Notes: generated from the sequence alone by a model not told the origin. Counted from the first letter of the stretch, positions 9,773-19,204 are shown. The stretch is DNA of 64,000 nucleotides from Nitrospinales bacterium (GCA_046757665.1 JBHHYO010000003.1:18049-82048), one strand, 5' to 3'. Program-made: numbers and translations.

Positions 9773-9804
9773 AGTATAGACTCTGTATTTAAGTACAGGG
9801 TAAA
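9773..9804 (-). promoter_or_regulatory. MerR-type promoter/operator P2 upstream of the beta-barrel gene
   Basis: Minus strand TTTACC-20 bp-TATACT with dyad CCCTGTA-CTTAAA-TACAGAG, same half-sites and spacing as P1. Confidence 0.82.
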
Positions 9805-9859
9805 GCATTAACCGGCCGCGTGGGCGGACATTCGGACGAAAGAAAAATGGAGGAACGGC

Positions 9860-10300
9860 TTAAAGGCGGAAAACGGATTGGAGCAGAAACAGCGGCGGCG
9901 TCTTTCCGGCCCGCACATGACCGGACGCAAGGCGGTCCGATGTGGACGATGTCCGCGGCAGAAGCCCGGCGGCGGCGCAATCGGCGGCACAGGGGAAGGC
10001 AATGGATTTGACCGATGGAGCCGAGGGCAGGATTTTCGCTACGGCGATAGTGGGAAAACGCTTGACTCCCATAACCGAGGCGCAACGGTCCTGGCAACAC
10101 TGGACATGCGCCGCGCCGCTTTCGCCGCAATTCTTCATGTCCCCATGCCCGTGCGCCTTCATGGCCGGTATCTTGTGGGAGCAGAAGATTTTGCAACACA
10201 GCCGGGCCTCGCCCGAGGCCACGGGAGCCTTGATGGGAAGTATCAAACCCGTTAAAACGAGGCCGAGAGCCAGCTTGTATGCAAACGATTTTTTAATCAT
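9860..10300 (-). CDS. Cys/His-rich small protein (DUF2946-like)
   Basis: N-terminal hydrophobic helix, CCKIFC, HGHG, CCQDRC, C-terminal PPLFLLQSVFRL; alternative start at 10324. Confidence 0.6.
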   Translation of the reverse strand: MIKKSFAYKLALGLVLTGLILPIKAPVASGEARLCCKIFCSHKIPAMKAHGHGDMKNCGESGAAHVQCCQDRCASVMGVKRFPTIAVAKILPSAPSVKSIAFPCAADCAAAGLLPRTSSTSDRLASGHVRAGKTPPLFLLQSVFRL

Positions 10301-10425
10301 AAAATAGACGGAAACCGATTTCACATGTTCGGTTTAAATATACTCCCCGCACGGGGCGCAAAGTCAATCAAAAAAACACCCGCCGGGAGAAAACCGGGAA
10401 CCGATGTCCGCCGCCTTATTGAAAG

Positions 10426-10598
10426 GGAACCTTAGCATAACCCGATACTTCGCCGCCCTCGGTGTCATCGTAGCTACCATGCGGAGCGGCTATTGCGCTT
10501 TCTGTTGTCTGACAGCAGTCAAAAGTTCAGCATATCTCCCGCGGGCGTATGCCCGCCTGGATTGCTTCGCTACGCTCGCAATGACAGGCAAACAAGGA
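10426..10598. repeat. MITE/REP-like repeat family 1, copy E (reverse, with inserted module)
   Basis: End ggaaccttagcataa; ctggattgcttcgctacgctcgcaatgac; internal 10492-10558 segment also present at 34650-34716. Confidence 0.7.
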
Positions 10599-10691
10599 GA
10601 CTTGGTGGCTAAAACTTTTTTTCTTTCCTTTGCGTCCTCCGCGCCTTCGCGGTGAAAATGGTTTCCCCGTAGTTTTTCCCCTCCAGGAAAA

Positions 10692-11591
10692 TTATCCGTC
10701 GGTATGATTTAGCGGGTGGTTGTCGAAAAATTTTTGCATGAGGGGAACGATGCGCTCGTGGGCGTCCTCGACGACGTAATGTCCGGCGTCCGCAAATTCG
10801 TGCAATTCGGCTTGGGGAAAATATTCCAGCCAGCGTTCCAGGTAGTGGTCGTTGAAGCAAAAATCCTTTTTCCCCCAGAGGATCAAAACGGGCCGGTCGG
10901 CGAACTGGGTCAATTGCTCCTGCATGGATTTGACGAGGGGGAAGCTCGGCGTTTTTCGCGACATCGGAATGTCCTGCACGAAGCGCAGGATGGCGACGCG
11001 GTTGGCGTAGGTGTCGTAGGGGAAAAGGTAGCCGGCCTTGACTTGCGGGCTCATGGGCCGCCGGCAGGCGCGGGAAACCGCCAGGCCCGCGAAGGCGTTC
11101 AGGCCGCGGACGGCCAGGGGGCCGAATAGCGGCAGTCGGCACAGGTTGATGCTCCAGGGAATCTCCCGCGACAGGAAGGCGGCGGTGTTGAACAGCACCA
11201 GGCGCTTGACGCGGCCGGGATGGCGGACGGCGTACCCCATGCCGATGGCGCCGCCCCAGTCGTGCAGAACCAGCGTCAGGCCGGTCAGGCCCAGATGCTC
11301 CACCAGCGCCTCCAGGTTGTCGACGTGCCGCGCCAGGGTGTAGTCGTATTGTTGCGGTTTGTCGGACAGGCCGCAACCCATGTGGTCCGGCGCCACGCAA
11401 CGGCACTGCTCCCTCAACCCGAGGATGAGGTTGCGGTAATAAAAAGACCAGGTGGGGTTGCCGTGCAACATCAACACGGCGTCGCCCTGGCCCTCGTCCA
11501 GGTAGTGGTATCGCAGGGAGTCCAGGGAGAGGGTTCTGGATTGGAAGGGATACAACTCGGCGAACGCCCGCCGTTTGTCATCGGTCACCAT
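10692..11591 (-). CDS. oleB: OleB-like alpha/beta hydrolase (beta-lactone decarboxylase / haloalkane dehalogenase family)
   Basis: HYLDEG, HGNPTWSFYYR, HDWGG, DFCF, AGHYVVED; overlaps the 3' end of oleA. Confidence 0.8.
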   Translation of the reverse strand: MVTDDKRRAFAELYPFQSRTLSLDSLRYHYLDEGQGDAVLMLHGNPTWSFYYRNLILGLREQCRCVAPDHMGCGLSDKPQQYDYTLARHVDNLEALVEHLGLTGLTLVLHDWGGAIGMGYAVRHPGRVKRLVLFNTAAFLSREIPWSINLCRLPLFGPLAVRGLNAFAGLAVSRACRRPMSPQVKAGYLFPYDTYANRVAILRFVQDIPMSRKTPSFPLVKSMQEQLTQFADRPVLILWGKKDFCFNDHYLERWLEYFPQAELHEFADAGHYVVEDAHERIVPLMQKFFDNHPLNHTDG

Positions 11592-12631
11592 TCCAACCCG
11601 AGCATCAGGCAGTTCAAGCCGCTGCCGATGCCGAGGAGCGCGGCCTTGTCGCCTTTTTTGAGGCACCCCGCCTCCTCGCCCAGGGCCAGGGTGGCCGGCA
11701 GGGAGGCGGCGCCCGTGTTGCCCAGAAACTCCAGGGTCGAGAAGTCCTTTTCCATCGGCAGGCGCAGGGTTTCGTACATGAGCTTGCGGTGCAGGTGACC
11801 GACCTGATGGCAAAACACGCGGTCCACGTCGTCGTTGCTCCAGGCAAGCGTGGCCTTGGTTTTCTCCCAGGTTTTTCCCGCCAGCAGGCATCCTTGTTTC
11901 ATGAGGGTTTCCGAATCGGTTGTCATGAGCGGCGTGGATTCGGCGTTCATGCCGCCGTCGGCGTTGCCGCGGCAGAGGTCGTTGAACTCGGTGGCGGCCC
12001 AGGCCTCGCCGCCCAGGAGTTTGTGGTAGGACCGGGACAAACTGCGGTGCGTCAGCAAGACCGCCGCCGCGCCGGAGCCGATGGTCAGCGAGGCGAAGGA
12101 GGATTTCACGTCGGCGCGTTTGAGTTCGGGGTTCGAGCGAAGCGTTTCGATGGTGTGGTCGATGAGGGGGCCGCCGTTCTCGCCGGCCACCACCAGGCCG
12201 GCGCGGATTTGCCCCAGCTCGATCATGTCGGCGATAATCACCATTCCGTTGAGCACGCCCAGGCAAGCGTTGGACACGTCGAACAGCAGGGCCTCCCGCG
12301 ACAGGTCCAGATTGTGATGGATGACCGAGGCGGTGGCGGGCTCCAGAAAGTCGCGGCACACCGAGGCGCAAATCAGGCAACCGATTTCGCCGCGGTCCAG
12401 CCCGGATTTCTCGATGGCCTTTTCGCCGGCGACGGAGCTGATTTCGCTGGGATAGACGCCGTTGTTCCAGAACCGGCGCTCGCGGATGCCGCTCATCATC
12501 TCCAGGCGGCCGTAGGGCAGTTTCAACCGGTCGTAAACCTCCGCCAGCCGCTGTTCCAGCTCCGCCGAGGGCACGATGTTTTCCGGCAAATGGCAGGCCA
12601 CGGCCTCGACGCAAACATTTTCAAATTTCAT
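11585..12631 (-). CDS. oleA: OleA thiolase-fold condensing enzyme (KAS III family)
   Basis: SGIRERRFW, RDFLEPATA, DVSNACLG, HQVG, GNTG, GIGSGLNC. Confidence 0.88.
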   Translation of the reverse strand: MKFENVCVEAVACHLPENIVPSAELEQRLAEVYDRLKLPYGRLEMMSGIRERRFWNNGVYPSEISSVAGEKAIEKSGLDRGEIGCLICASVCRDFLEPATASVIHHNLDLSREALLFDVSNACLGVLNGMVIIADMIELGQIRAGLVVAGENGGPLIDHTIETLRSNPELKRADVKSSFASLTIGSGAAAVLLTHRSLSRSYHKLLGGEAWAATEFNDLCRGNADGGMNAESTPLMTTDSETLMKQGCLLAGKTWEKTKATLAWSNDDVDRVFCHQVGHLHRKLMYETLRLPMEKDFSTLEFLGNTGAASLPATLALGEEAGCLKKGDKAALLGIGSGLNCLMLGLEW

Positions 12632-12649
12632 AATTGCCGACGCCTTTCA

Positions 12650-12775
12650 AAAAAGAGCTTTGCATAAGTGTACTTGTTTGATTGTCATTGCGAGGGGCGA
12701 AGCCGACGAAGCAATCCAGAAAGGACCCATTCCTACCGGGCGTGGCCCGGCTGGATCGCCACGCCGCCGGCGCGG
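12650..12775. repeat. MITE/REP-like repeat family 1, copy B
   Basis: gagctttgcataag...ttgtttgattgtcattgcgagg...gaagcaatccagaaagg...gggcgtggcccggctggatcgccacgccg. Confidence 0.88.
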
Positions 12776-12810
12776 CGAAGAACCTCGGGCAGGGGAGCAC
12801 CCGCCGCAAG

Positions 12811-14556
12811 TCAATTCCGATGCGGAACGTCAACAAACTGCATTTCATAATATTTTTGATAAATTCCACAGTTGGCGAGAAGTTCCTCGTGCGACCCTTC
12901 CTCGACGATTTGCCCGCTGTCGATGACGATGATGCGGTTGGCGTGCTTGATGGTCGACAGCCGATGGGCGATCACGAAGGTGGTGCGATTTTCCATCAAG
13001 CGGTCGAGCGCGTCCTGCACCAGTTTTTCGGATTCCGAGTCCAGCGACGAGGTCGCCTCGTCCAGCACCAGTATGGGGGCATCCCGCAACAGGGCGCGGG
13101 CGATGGCGATTCGTTGCCGCTGTCCGCCGGACAGTTTCACGCCGCGCTCGCCGATGACCGTATCATACCCTTTTTCCAGGGGGTCGACAAACGAATCGAC
13201 ATGGGCCGCCCGGGCGGCGTTCAGGACAGCCTCCTCCGATGCCGCCCCGGTTTCTCCAAAAGCGATGTTGTTGCGAATCGTGTCGTTGAACAGAAACGTT
13301 TCCTGAGTCACCAGGGCCAGGTTGCGCCTCAGCGACTGCACGCTGAACTCCTGGATATCGACGCCGTCGATGAGGATTTTCCCCTCGGTGACGTTGAAAA
13401 AGCGGAACAGGAGATCGACCAGGGTAGTTTTCCCGGCGCCGCTCATGCCGACGATGGCGACGATTTCGGATTTTTTCACGGCAAGGTTGATGTCCTTCAA
13501 CACCCAGGCGTCCCGGGAGGGATAACGGAAAGACACGCCGCGAAATTCGATGCAGTCCTCGAATCGGGCCAGCTCCCGCCGGCCGCCATCCACATCCTCC
13601 TCCTCCCGGTCGAGGATGGAAAAGACCCTTTCGGCCCCGGCGAGGGCGTTCTGGAAATTCGCGTAAATTTTGAACAACAGGCGGATGGGGCCATACATCA
13701 TGAACAAGGCGACGATGAAGCCGATAAACGTTCCCTGCGTCACTTGCCCCGTGAGCACCTGACTGCCGCCGTACCAGAGAATCAAGGCGCCGCTGAGCAC
13801 GCCCAGAAACTCCATGAACGGCGAGGGGATTTCGATGTACTTGACGTTCTTTTTCATGACCTCCAGAAAACGCCGGTTCTGCTCGCCAAGTTTTTGCTTC
13901 TGCCGGTTTTCCAGGGAAAACGCCCGAACGATTTTTATCCCCGAAAAGGATTCCAGAATCGTCGAGTGAATGTCCGAGAGAATCTCCTGCCCCCTGTGGC
14001 TCAAGCGCCGCAACTTGCGCGCAATGTTGGAAATGGGGAAAACCGCCAGGGGAAAGATAATAAGCGCCAGCACGGCCCAGTCCCATTTCAGATAAAAAAC
14101 CCAGCCGATCAGCCCCAGAAGCATGATGAAGTTTTGCAGGGACTCCTTGACCAGATTGGTGATGGAGGACTGCATGATGGAAACGTCGTTCATGATTCGG
14201 GAAATGAGCTGGCCGGTCGGGGTCTCTTCAAAGAAAACCAGCGGCAGGCGCTGAATGCGCTGGAACATTTTTTCCCGCAGAGACACCACCAGGTCCCAGG
14301 AGATTCCGAAAATGATTACATTTTGAATATAGGAAAAAATCCCCTTGACCAGAAACAGCGCCACCAGGGCCAGGGGGATCAGCTTGAGCATCAGAAAATC
14401 TTTTTCGAGGAAGATGTCGTCGAAGGTTTTTTTGATCAAGGGAACCGGCGAGGTGGCGATCACCCCAACCACGATGGAACAAAAAATGGCAAACGCCACC
14501 TTGCCCCGGTAGGGATGGAGGTATTGAAGCAACCGCTTGTAAAGTTTCAGGTTCAT
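12811..14556 (-). CDS. msbA: MsbA-like ABC exporter (fused TMD-NBD)
   Basis: Six-TM domain; GMSGAGKT, LSGGQRQR, LDEATS, IAHRLST. Confidence 0.85.
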   Translation of the reverse strand: MNLKLYKRLLQYLHPYRGKVAFAIFCSIVVGVIATSPVPLIKKTFDDIFLEKDFLMLKLIPLALVALFLVKGIFSYIQNVIIFGISWDLVVSLREKMFQRIQRLPLVFFEETPTGQLISRIMNDVSIMQSSITNLVKESLQNFIMLLGLIGWVFYLKWDWAVLALIIFPLAVFPISNIARKLRRLSHRGQEILSDIHSTILESFSGIKIVRAFSLENRQKQKLGEQNRRFLEVMKKNVKYIEIPSPFMEFLGVLSGALILWYGGSQVLTGQVTQGTFIGFIVALFMMYGPIRLLFKIYANFQNALAGAERVFSILDREEEDVDGGRRELARFEDCIEFRGVSFRYPSRDAWVLKDINLAVKKSEIVAIVGMSGAGKTTLVDLLFRFFNVTEGKILIDGVDIQEFSVQSLRRNLALVTQETFLFNDTIRNNIAFGETGAASEEAVLNAARAAHVDSFVDPLEKGYDTVIGERGVKLSGGQRQRIAIARALLRDAPILVLDEATSSLDSESEKLVQDALDRLMENRTTFVIAHRLSTIKHANRIIVIDSGQIVEEGSHEELLANCGIYQKYYEMQFVDVPHRN

Positions 14557-14634
14557 CACAAGGAACTTTACGACAAAACGGCGTTCAGGGCAAATCGGGA
14601 AATGGGCTCAAAGCCGGCGGCGCGGGCAACCCAT

Positions 14635-14670
14635 AAAAAAGCCCCCGCCCTTGAGGCGCAAGAGCGGGGG
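14635..14670 (-). terminator. Intrinsic terminator after the USP fusion gene
   Basis: Minus strand CCCCCGCTCTTG-loop-CAAGGGCGGGGG followed by CTTTTTT. Confidence 0.75.
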
Positions 14671-14716
14671 TATTGGCGTTCACGCGGGAAAGGAAACCTT
14701 CCCCTTTTTCGATTTT

Positions 14717-16687
14717 TCAGGAGGAACTCACGCTTTCCTTCTTGGGCAGGAAATCCTCGATCGTCGCTCCGTTGGCGACGGCTTCCGCCATCATTTTTTT
14801 CGATTCCTCGATACCCTGCTCGGCCACCTGCAAGGTGATCTCGGTGGCATGAATCGACTCGGCGTATTGCAGGACGCGCTTTTTGGTGCTGTCCCTCATG
14901 AACCCCTGGGGCACGAGTTCCAGCCGCTTGGTGGCTTCCGGGGTCCAGCGGAATTTGGACTCATCCACGGGCGCCGGCGCGTAGGGCGAACCGTTGCCGC
15001 CCTTGTCGCTACCCTTGGCGGTGGTTTTCTCGTTAAAAATCCTGTCGACGAAAGCCAGGGTGATGACGGGGACGTTTTGGACGCGGGCATTTTTCTCCAC
15101 GCGGGCCTGGGCTTTTCTGCGGATGTGCCCCTTGGGGTAGTCATCGAGCCGTTCCCAGGCGCGCCGGGTCCACTGGTTTTCCTTGCCGTCGAAGGAGGTG
15201 ACGATGGTGACTCCGCCTTCTTTTTCGGCATCGGCCTTGAAGGCTTCCTCGTCCACGGGCAGTAACCGCTCGGCGCCGGCGTTGCAGACGCCGCACTGGA
15301 CGGCGCCGCCGCCCATCACCGCGCCGCAATTGGTGCATTGGAGTTTGGCGTCCGCCGGAGCCTTTCCGGCATGGGCCTTCGCCATTTCATCCTTCAGCAT
15401 GTCAAGGTTGCCGGCGGCAAGGGGATCTTCTCCCTCCTTGGCCTGCTCCCGGAGTTTTTGGCCGATCATGTTCATCGCCTGCATGGCGCCGGCGGGAAGA
15501 ATGTTCTCGCAGGCTTCGGTGATGACGCTGGAGGTGATCATGCTGTGGCCGCGCTCCAGGGCATAGCGCAAAATCGCCGCCGTCGCCATGGGCCGGACAA
15601 AGCCGGGGATTTTCTGCAACCGCTCTTTCGACTCGGCGGTCCATTCGATGGTTTCCTCGGCGATCATGTCGATTTTCGGCTTGAACACGCGGCTGGAAAT
15701 CAGGGTGTTGCACGGCACCATGCGGAGCAGGTTCTCGGTGTTGCCGCCGATATCCATATCCTGCGCGCTGTGCACGCCGATGCGGCCGAGGATCAGCAGG
15801 AAGGGGTTTTCCTCCCGGGCGTATTGCAGAACTTTTTCGAACACCTTGCCGTCCAGCAGACGGACGGTGCAATCCAACTCCTCCTCCTCGGCGATCTGGC
15901 GGGAGATTTCCAGGTGCGCCTGGTAAATCTTCGCCAACCCCTTGTCGATGATGTCTTCATGCAGTTTTTCCTGTTGCTCGAACTTAAACACCTTGCCGGC
16001 TTCCTTGGACAGAACGCCGGTGAGGCTGTTGAACATGGCGTAGTGAAAATAGGGATCGAAGGAGGAGATAATTTCCAGGGGACGGCCCAGCAGTTTCGCC
16101 AGTTCGATCCCGGTTTTCAGGCCGCCAAAGGCCTGGCCGCTACCGTCCACGGCGACGACGATTTTTCCGCTGGACGGTTTCTCCCCGTGCAGTTCGGGAA
16201 TGTGCTTGACGATCAGGGTGTCGGTCTTGACGCGGCGGATCACCCGCTCGCAAACCGTGCCGATCTGGCTGTCCTTGATGGCGCCCAGCCCCATGACCCC
16301 CATGATGACGAGGTCGTACCGGGATTCATTGATATCCTTCACCATCTCGATCCAGTTTCTTCCCTCCAGGGACTTGCCGACAAAGGGGACATTCTCCTTC
16401 TCGCACCGGAACCGGGGAACGTCCAGATAAGAATCGGTAATCACTTCCATGCCCTTGGTGATCAACTGGTCGTGAATGTTGCGCTGTTTTTCGAGTTCCT
16501 GCTCATCCTGATATTCTTCCGGCAGGCCGCTTTCCATTTGCCGGAAGCGCACGTCGTGCATTTTGGCGGCGTACACGTGGCTGGCCGTCAGGGTCGCCCC
16601 GGTCTTTTTGGCCAGCTCCAACCCGATGTCGATACAGGCGTTGGAATAATCCGAATTGTCCACCGGTAAATAAATATTTTTAAACAT
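14717..16687 (-). CDS. Tandem universal-stress-protein domains plus three PCP_red-like repeats and a CxxC..CxxC knuckle
   Basis: MFKNIYLPVDNS and KIVVAVDGS USP starts; three WTxEAxxRLxxxP.. repeats; CTNCG..CGVC. Confidence 0.85.
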   Translation of the reverse strand: MFKNIYLPVDNSDYSNACIDIGLELAKKTGATLTASHVYAAKMHDVRFRQMESGLPEEYQDEQELEKQRNIHDQLITKGMEVITDSYLDVPRFRCEKENVPFVGKSLEGRNWIEMVKDINESRYDLVIMGVMGLGAIKDSQIGTVCERVIRRVKTDTLIVKHIPELHGEKPSSGKIVVAVDGSGQAFGGLKTGIELAKLLGRPLEIISSFDPYFHYAMFNSLTGVLSKEAGKVFKFEQQEKLHEDIIDKGLAKIYQAHLEISRQIAEEEELDCTVRLLDGKVFEKVLQYAREENPFLLILGRIGVHSAQDMDIGGNTENLLRMVPCNTLISSRVFKPKIDMIAEETIEWTAESKERLQKIPGFVRPMATAAILRYALERGHSMITSSVITEACENILPAGAMQAMNMIGQKLREQAKEGEDPLAAGNLDMLKDEMAKAHAGKAPADAKLQCTNCGAVMGGGAVQCGVCNAGAERLLPVDEEAFKADAEKEGGVTIVTSFDGKENQWTRRAWERLDDYPKGHIRRKAQARVEKNARVQNVPVITLAFVDRIFNEKTTAKGSDKGGNGSPYAPAPVDESKFRWTPEATKRLELVPQGFMRDSTKKRVLQYAESIHATEITLQVAEQGIEESKKMMAEAVANGATIEDFLPKKESVSSS

Positions 16688-17181
16688 ATGCCGACAATCT
16701 CCCCCCAAGCTGGTTGGGTATGTTTTTATATAACGATGTGCCCTCAAATCTAACCCCCCGCAAATTCCTTGTCCAAAAGCGGGAGAGTAAATTCTAGCAA
16801 AATAACGACGGCTGTCAACGCTGTCTGTCCAATGCTCTAAGGATAAACGATTTCGTCCGCCGTTTTCAAAAAAAAATTCATTCGCGGACTTCCCGTTTTC
16901 TTATGTCGTTCCGAAACACCAAAACCTTTCCCGGTGCGCGCAACGTATCGGCGCATATTAACGGGGCTTTGCGCGGAGCGGGGGTTGCGGGCCGCAGATA
17001 GTTTTGCCGGAGACGGGGATTTGAGTTAAAATAACCGCAAAAACTATTCTCGTTCGCATCGGCAACCAACAAACAGAAACTGTATTTTAAAAGACAATGG
17101 AGGATGGGCTTTTCCGGCCGCCTGCCGCCGAACGGGGTTTTTCCCGCGCCCGGCCGCGCCTGCCTCCAAAAGGAGAACACC

Positions 17182-18579
17182 ATGCCGGCAGTCAGCAAAG
17201 ACGATCTTTTAAACGGGTTAAAAGGAATCATCGTCCTCAACGACGGCAACGCAATCATCGAGGACGCGGAAAAGTTGCGCGGGTCGCCCCTGGACCATCT
17301 GCTGGCGGAAGCCGTGCTTAATAAAAATAAAGACGTCAGGGGAATGGCAAGGTACCTTATCAAATCGGCGGCCCGGCAGTTGGGAATTTTCCCCGCCAGC
17401 ATTCAGGGGTTGTACGAAGCGCGGGGTCGGGGCGAGATGGGCGGCTTCACGGTTCCGGCGATCAACATCCGCGGCATGTCCTACCAACTGGCCCGGGCCA
17501 TTTTCCGCGCCACCCACAAGATAGACTGCGGCGCGCAAATCTTCGAGATCGCCAAATCCGAGATCGGCTACACCTTCCAGCGGCCGCACGAATATGCCAC
17601 CGTGATCCTCGCCGCCGCCATCAAGGAAAACCATAGCGGGCCGGTGTTCATCCAGGGCGACCATTTCCAGGTGAACGCCAAAAAGTTCGCCGAGAACCGG
17701 GAGCAGGAACTCGCCGGTTTGAAAAACCTGATCCGCGAGGCCATCGCCGCCGGGTTTTACAATATCGACATCGACACGTCCACGCTGGTCGACTTGAGCC
17801 AACCCAGCGTCGCCGAACAGCAACGCGCCAATTTCGAGATCGGCGTGGAGCTGACCGCCCGAGTCCGCGAACTGGAACAGGAAGGCATCACCATTTCCGT
17901 GGGCGGAGAGATCGGCGAAGTCGGCAAGGAAAACAGCAATCCGGAAGAACTGAAAGCCTACATGGACAACTTCAACACCTGCCTGGAAGCCCTGAACAAG
18001 GGCTATAAAAGCATCAGCAAAATTTCCGTGCAAACCGGCACGTCGCACGGCGGCGTGCCCCTGCCCGACGGCTCCGTCGCCGAGGTGAAACTCGACTTCG
18101 ACACGCTGGAAGTGTTATCCAGAATCTCGCGGGAGCAGTACGGCCTGGCGGGGGCGGTGCAACACGGCGCGTCCACCCTGCCCGCCGAACTGTTCCACCG
18201 CTTCCCGGAACTGGAAACCGCGGAAATTCACCTGGCCACCGACTTCCAGAACATGATCTACGAAAGCCCGCATTTCCCCGCCGACCTGAAAGCGGAAATC
18301 TACAAGCACCTGCATAGCCGCTTCGCCGACGAAAAAAAATCAGGCCAGACCGACGAGCAGTTCATCTATAAAACGCGGAAGAAGGGGTTCGGCGAGTTCA
18401 AGAGCGCTTTCTGGAATTTGCCGGAGGAAGTCAAAACGGAGATCGGCAAGGAAATAGAAGCGCGGGTGGATTTCCTGCTCGACCAGCTCAACGTGAAGAA
18501 CACCCGCCAACACACCGACCGCACCATCCAACCGGCCGACGTCAAACCCGACCTGCAATCCGAAATCGAGTGGAGTTGA
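17182..18579 (+). CDS. fba: Class II fructose-bisphosphate aldolase family protein
   Basis: VPAIN, QGDH, GEIGEVG, GTSHGG, VQHGAS; AGGAG RBS. Confidence 0.85.
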   Translation: MPAVSKDDLLNGLKGIIVLNDGNAIIEDAEKLRGSPLDHLLAEAVLNKNKDVRGMARYLIKSAARQLGIFPASIQGLYEARGRGEMGGFTVPAINIRGMSYQLARAIFRATHKIDCGAQIFEIAKSEIGYTFQRPHEYATVILAAAIKENHSGPVFIQGDHFQVNAKKFAENREQELAGLKNLIREAIAAGFYNIDIDTSTLVDLSQPSVAEQQRANFEIGVELTARVRELEQEGITISVGGEIGEVGKENSNPEELKAYMDNFNTCLEALNKGYKSISKISVQTGTSHGGVPLPDGSVAEVKLDFDTLEVLSRISREQYGLAGAVQHGASTLPAELFHRFPELETAEIHLATDFQNMIYESPHFPADLKAEIYKHLHSRFADEKKSGQTDEQFIYKTRKKGFGEFKSAFWNLPEEVKTEIGKEIEARVDFLLDQLNVKNTRQHTDRTIQPADVKPDLQSEIEWS

Positions 18580-18622
18580 AATAAATAAGCAGTTGCTCAG
18601 CCGACCGTCCTCTAAAACTGGC

Positions 18623-18659
18623 TTGCCTTATGGTTACAAATGCTATACAATTGTAACCA
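18623..18659 (+). promoter_or_regulatory. sigma70 promoter and autoregulatory operator of the TA pair
   Basis: TTGCCT-17-TACAAT overlapped by inverted repeat TGGTTACAA-N11-TTGTAACCA. Confidence 0.8.
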
Positions 18660-18674
18660 CAAGGAGGTGCTCAA

Positions 18675-18929
18675 ATGCCCACGGAACCGACAAATTTAAG
18701 ACTGGATATAGAAGCCAAGAAAAAAGCGTACGCTATTTTTGCCAAAGTTGGTATTAAACCTGCCCAGGCGGTCAATCTTTTTTTTCGTCAGGTGGAGTTA
18801 CACAAAGGTCTTCCCTTTGACGTTAAAATTCCAAACGCCGAAACCATTGAAGCCATGGACGAACTCGCCAAGGGCGGTGGGAAGCTTTACAAGAATTCCA
18901 AAGCCATGTTTAAAGACCTTGGCATTTAA
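18675..18929 (+). CDS. dinJ: RelB/DinJ-family antitoxin
   Basis: NLRLDxExK..GIKPAQAVNLFFRQV..GLPFDVKIPNAETIEAM. Confidence 0.88.
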   Translation: MPTEPTNLRLDIEAKKKAYAIFAKVGIKPAQAVNLFFRQVELHKGLPFDVKIPNAETIEAMDELAKGGGKLYKNSKAMFKDLGI

Positions 18930-19204
18930 TGTACCAAACACGGCTTTCCACAAAATTCAGGCGTGATATCCGGCGTTGCAAAAAACAACGTAAGGATATG
19001 CAACTTTTCAAAGATATTGATGCGTTGCTAACCGCCGGTAAACCGCTACCCAAAAAGAATAAAGATCATAACCTCTCGGGCAACTGGAACGGATACAGGG
19101 AATGCCATATAGGACCTGATTGGCTTTTAATCTACCGCGTTAATGAGGATGAAATGGTTGTTGAATATGCTCGTACGGGAAGCCATTCAGAGCTTTTCAG
19201 TTAG
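18929..19204 (+). CDS. yafQ: YafQ-family mRNA interferase toxin
   Basis: DHNLSGNWNGYRECHIGPDWLLIY, RTGSHSELF; TAATG coupling. Confidence 0.92.
   Translation: MYQTRLSTKFRRDIRRCKKQRKDMQLFKDIDALLTAGKPLPKKNKDHNLSGNWNGYRECHIGPDWLLIYRVNEDEMVVEYARTGSHSELFS

Noticed and set aside
10692..12614. 640-aa ORF suggesting an OleA-OleB fusion
   Set aside because: The upstream part is an alternate frame of oleA with Arg/Gly/Pro-rich nonsense; the OleB-like sequence starts at ATG 11591 and no slippery site was recognised
12682..14838. 718-aa plus-strand ORF
   Set aside because: Antisense shadow of msbA, common in GC-rich coding DNA
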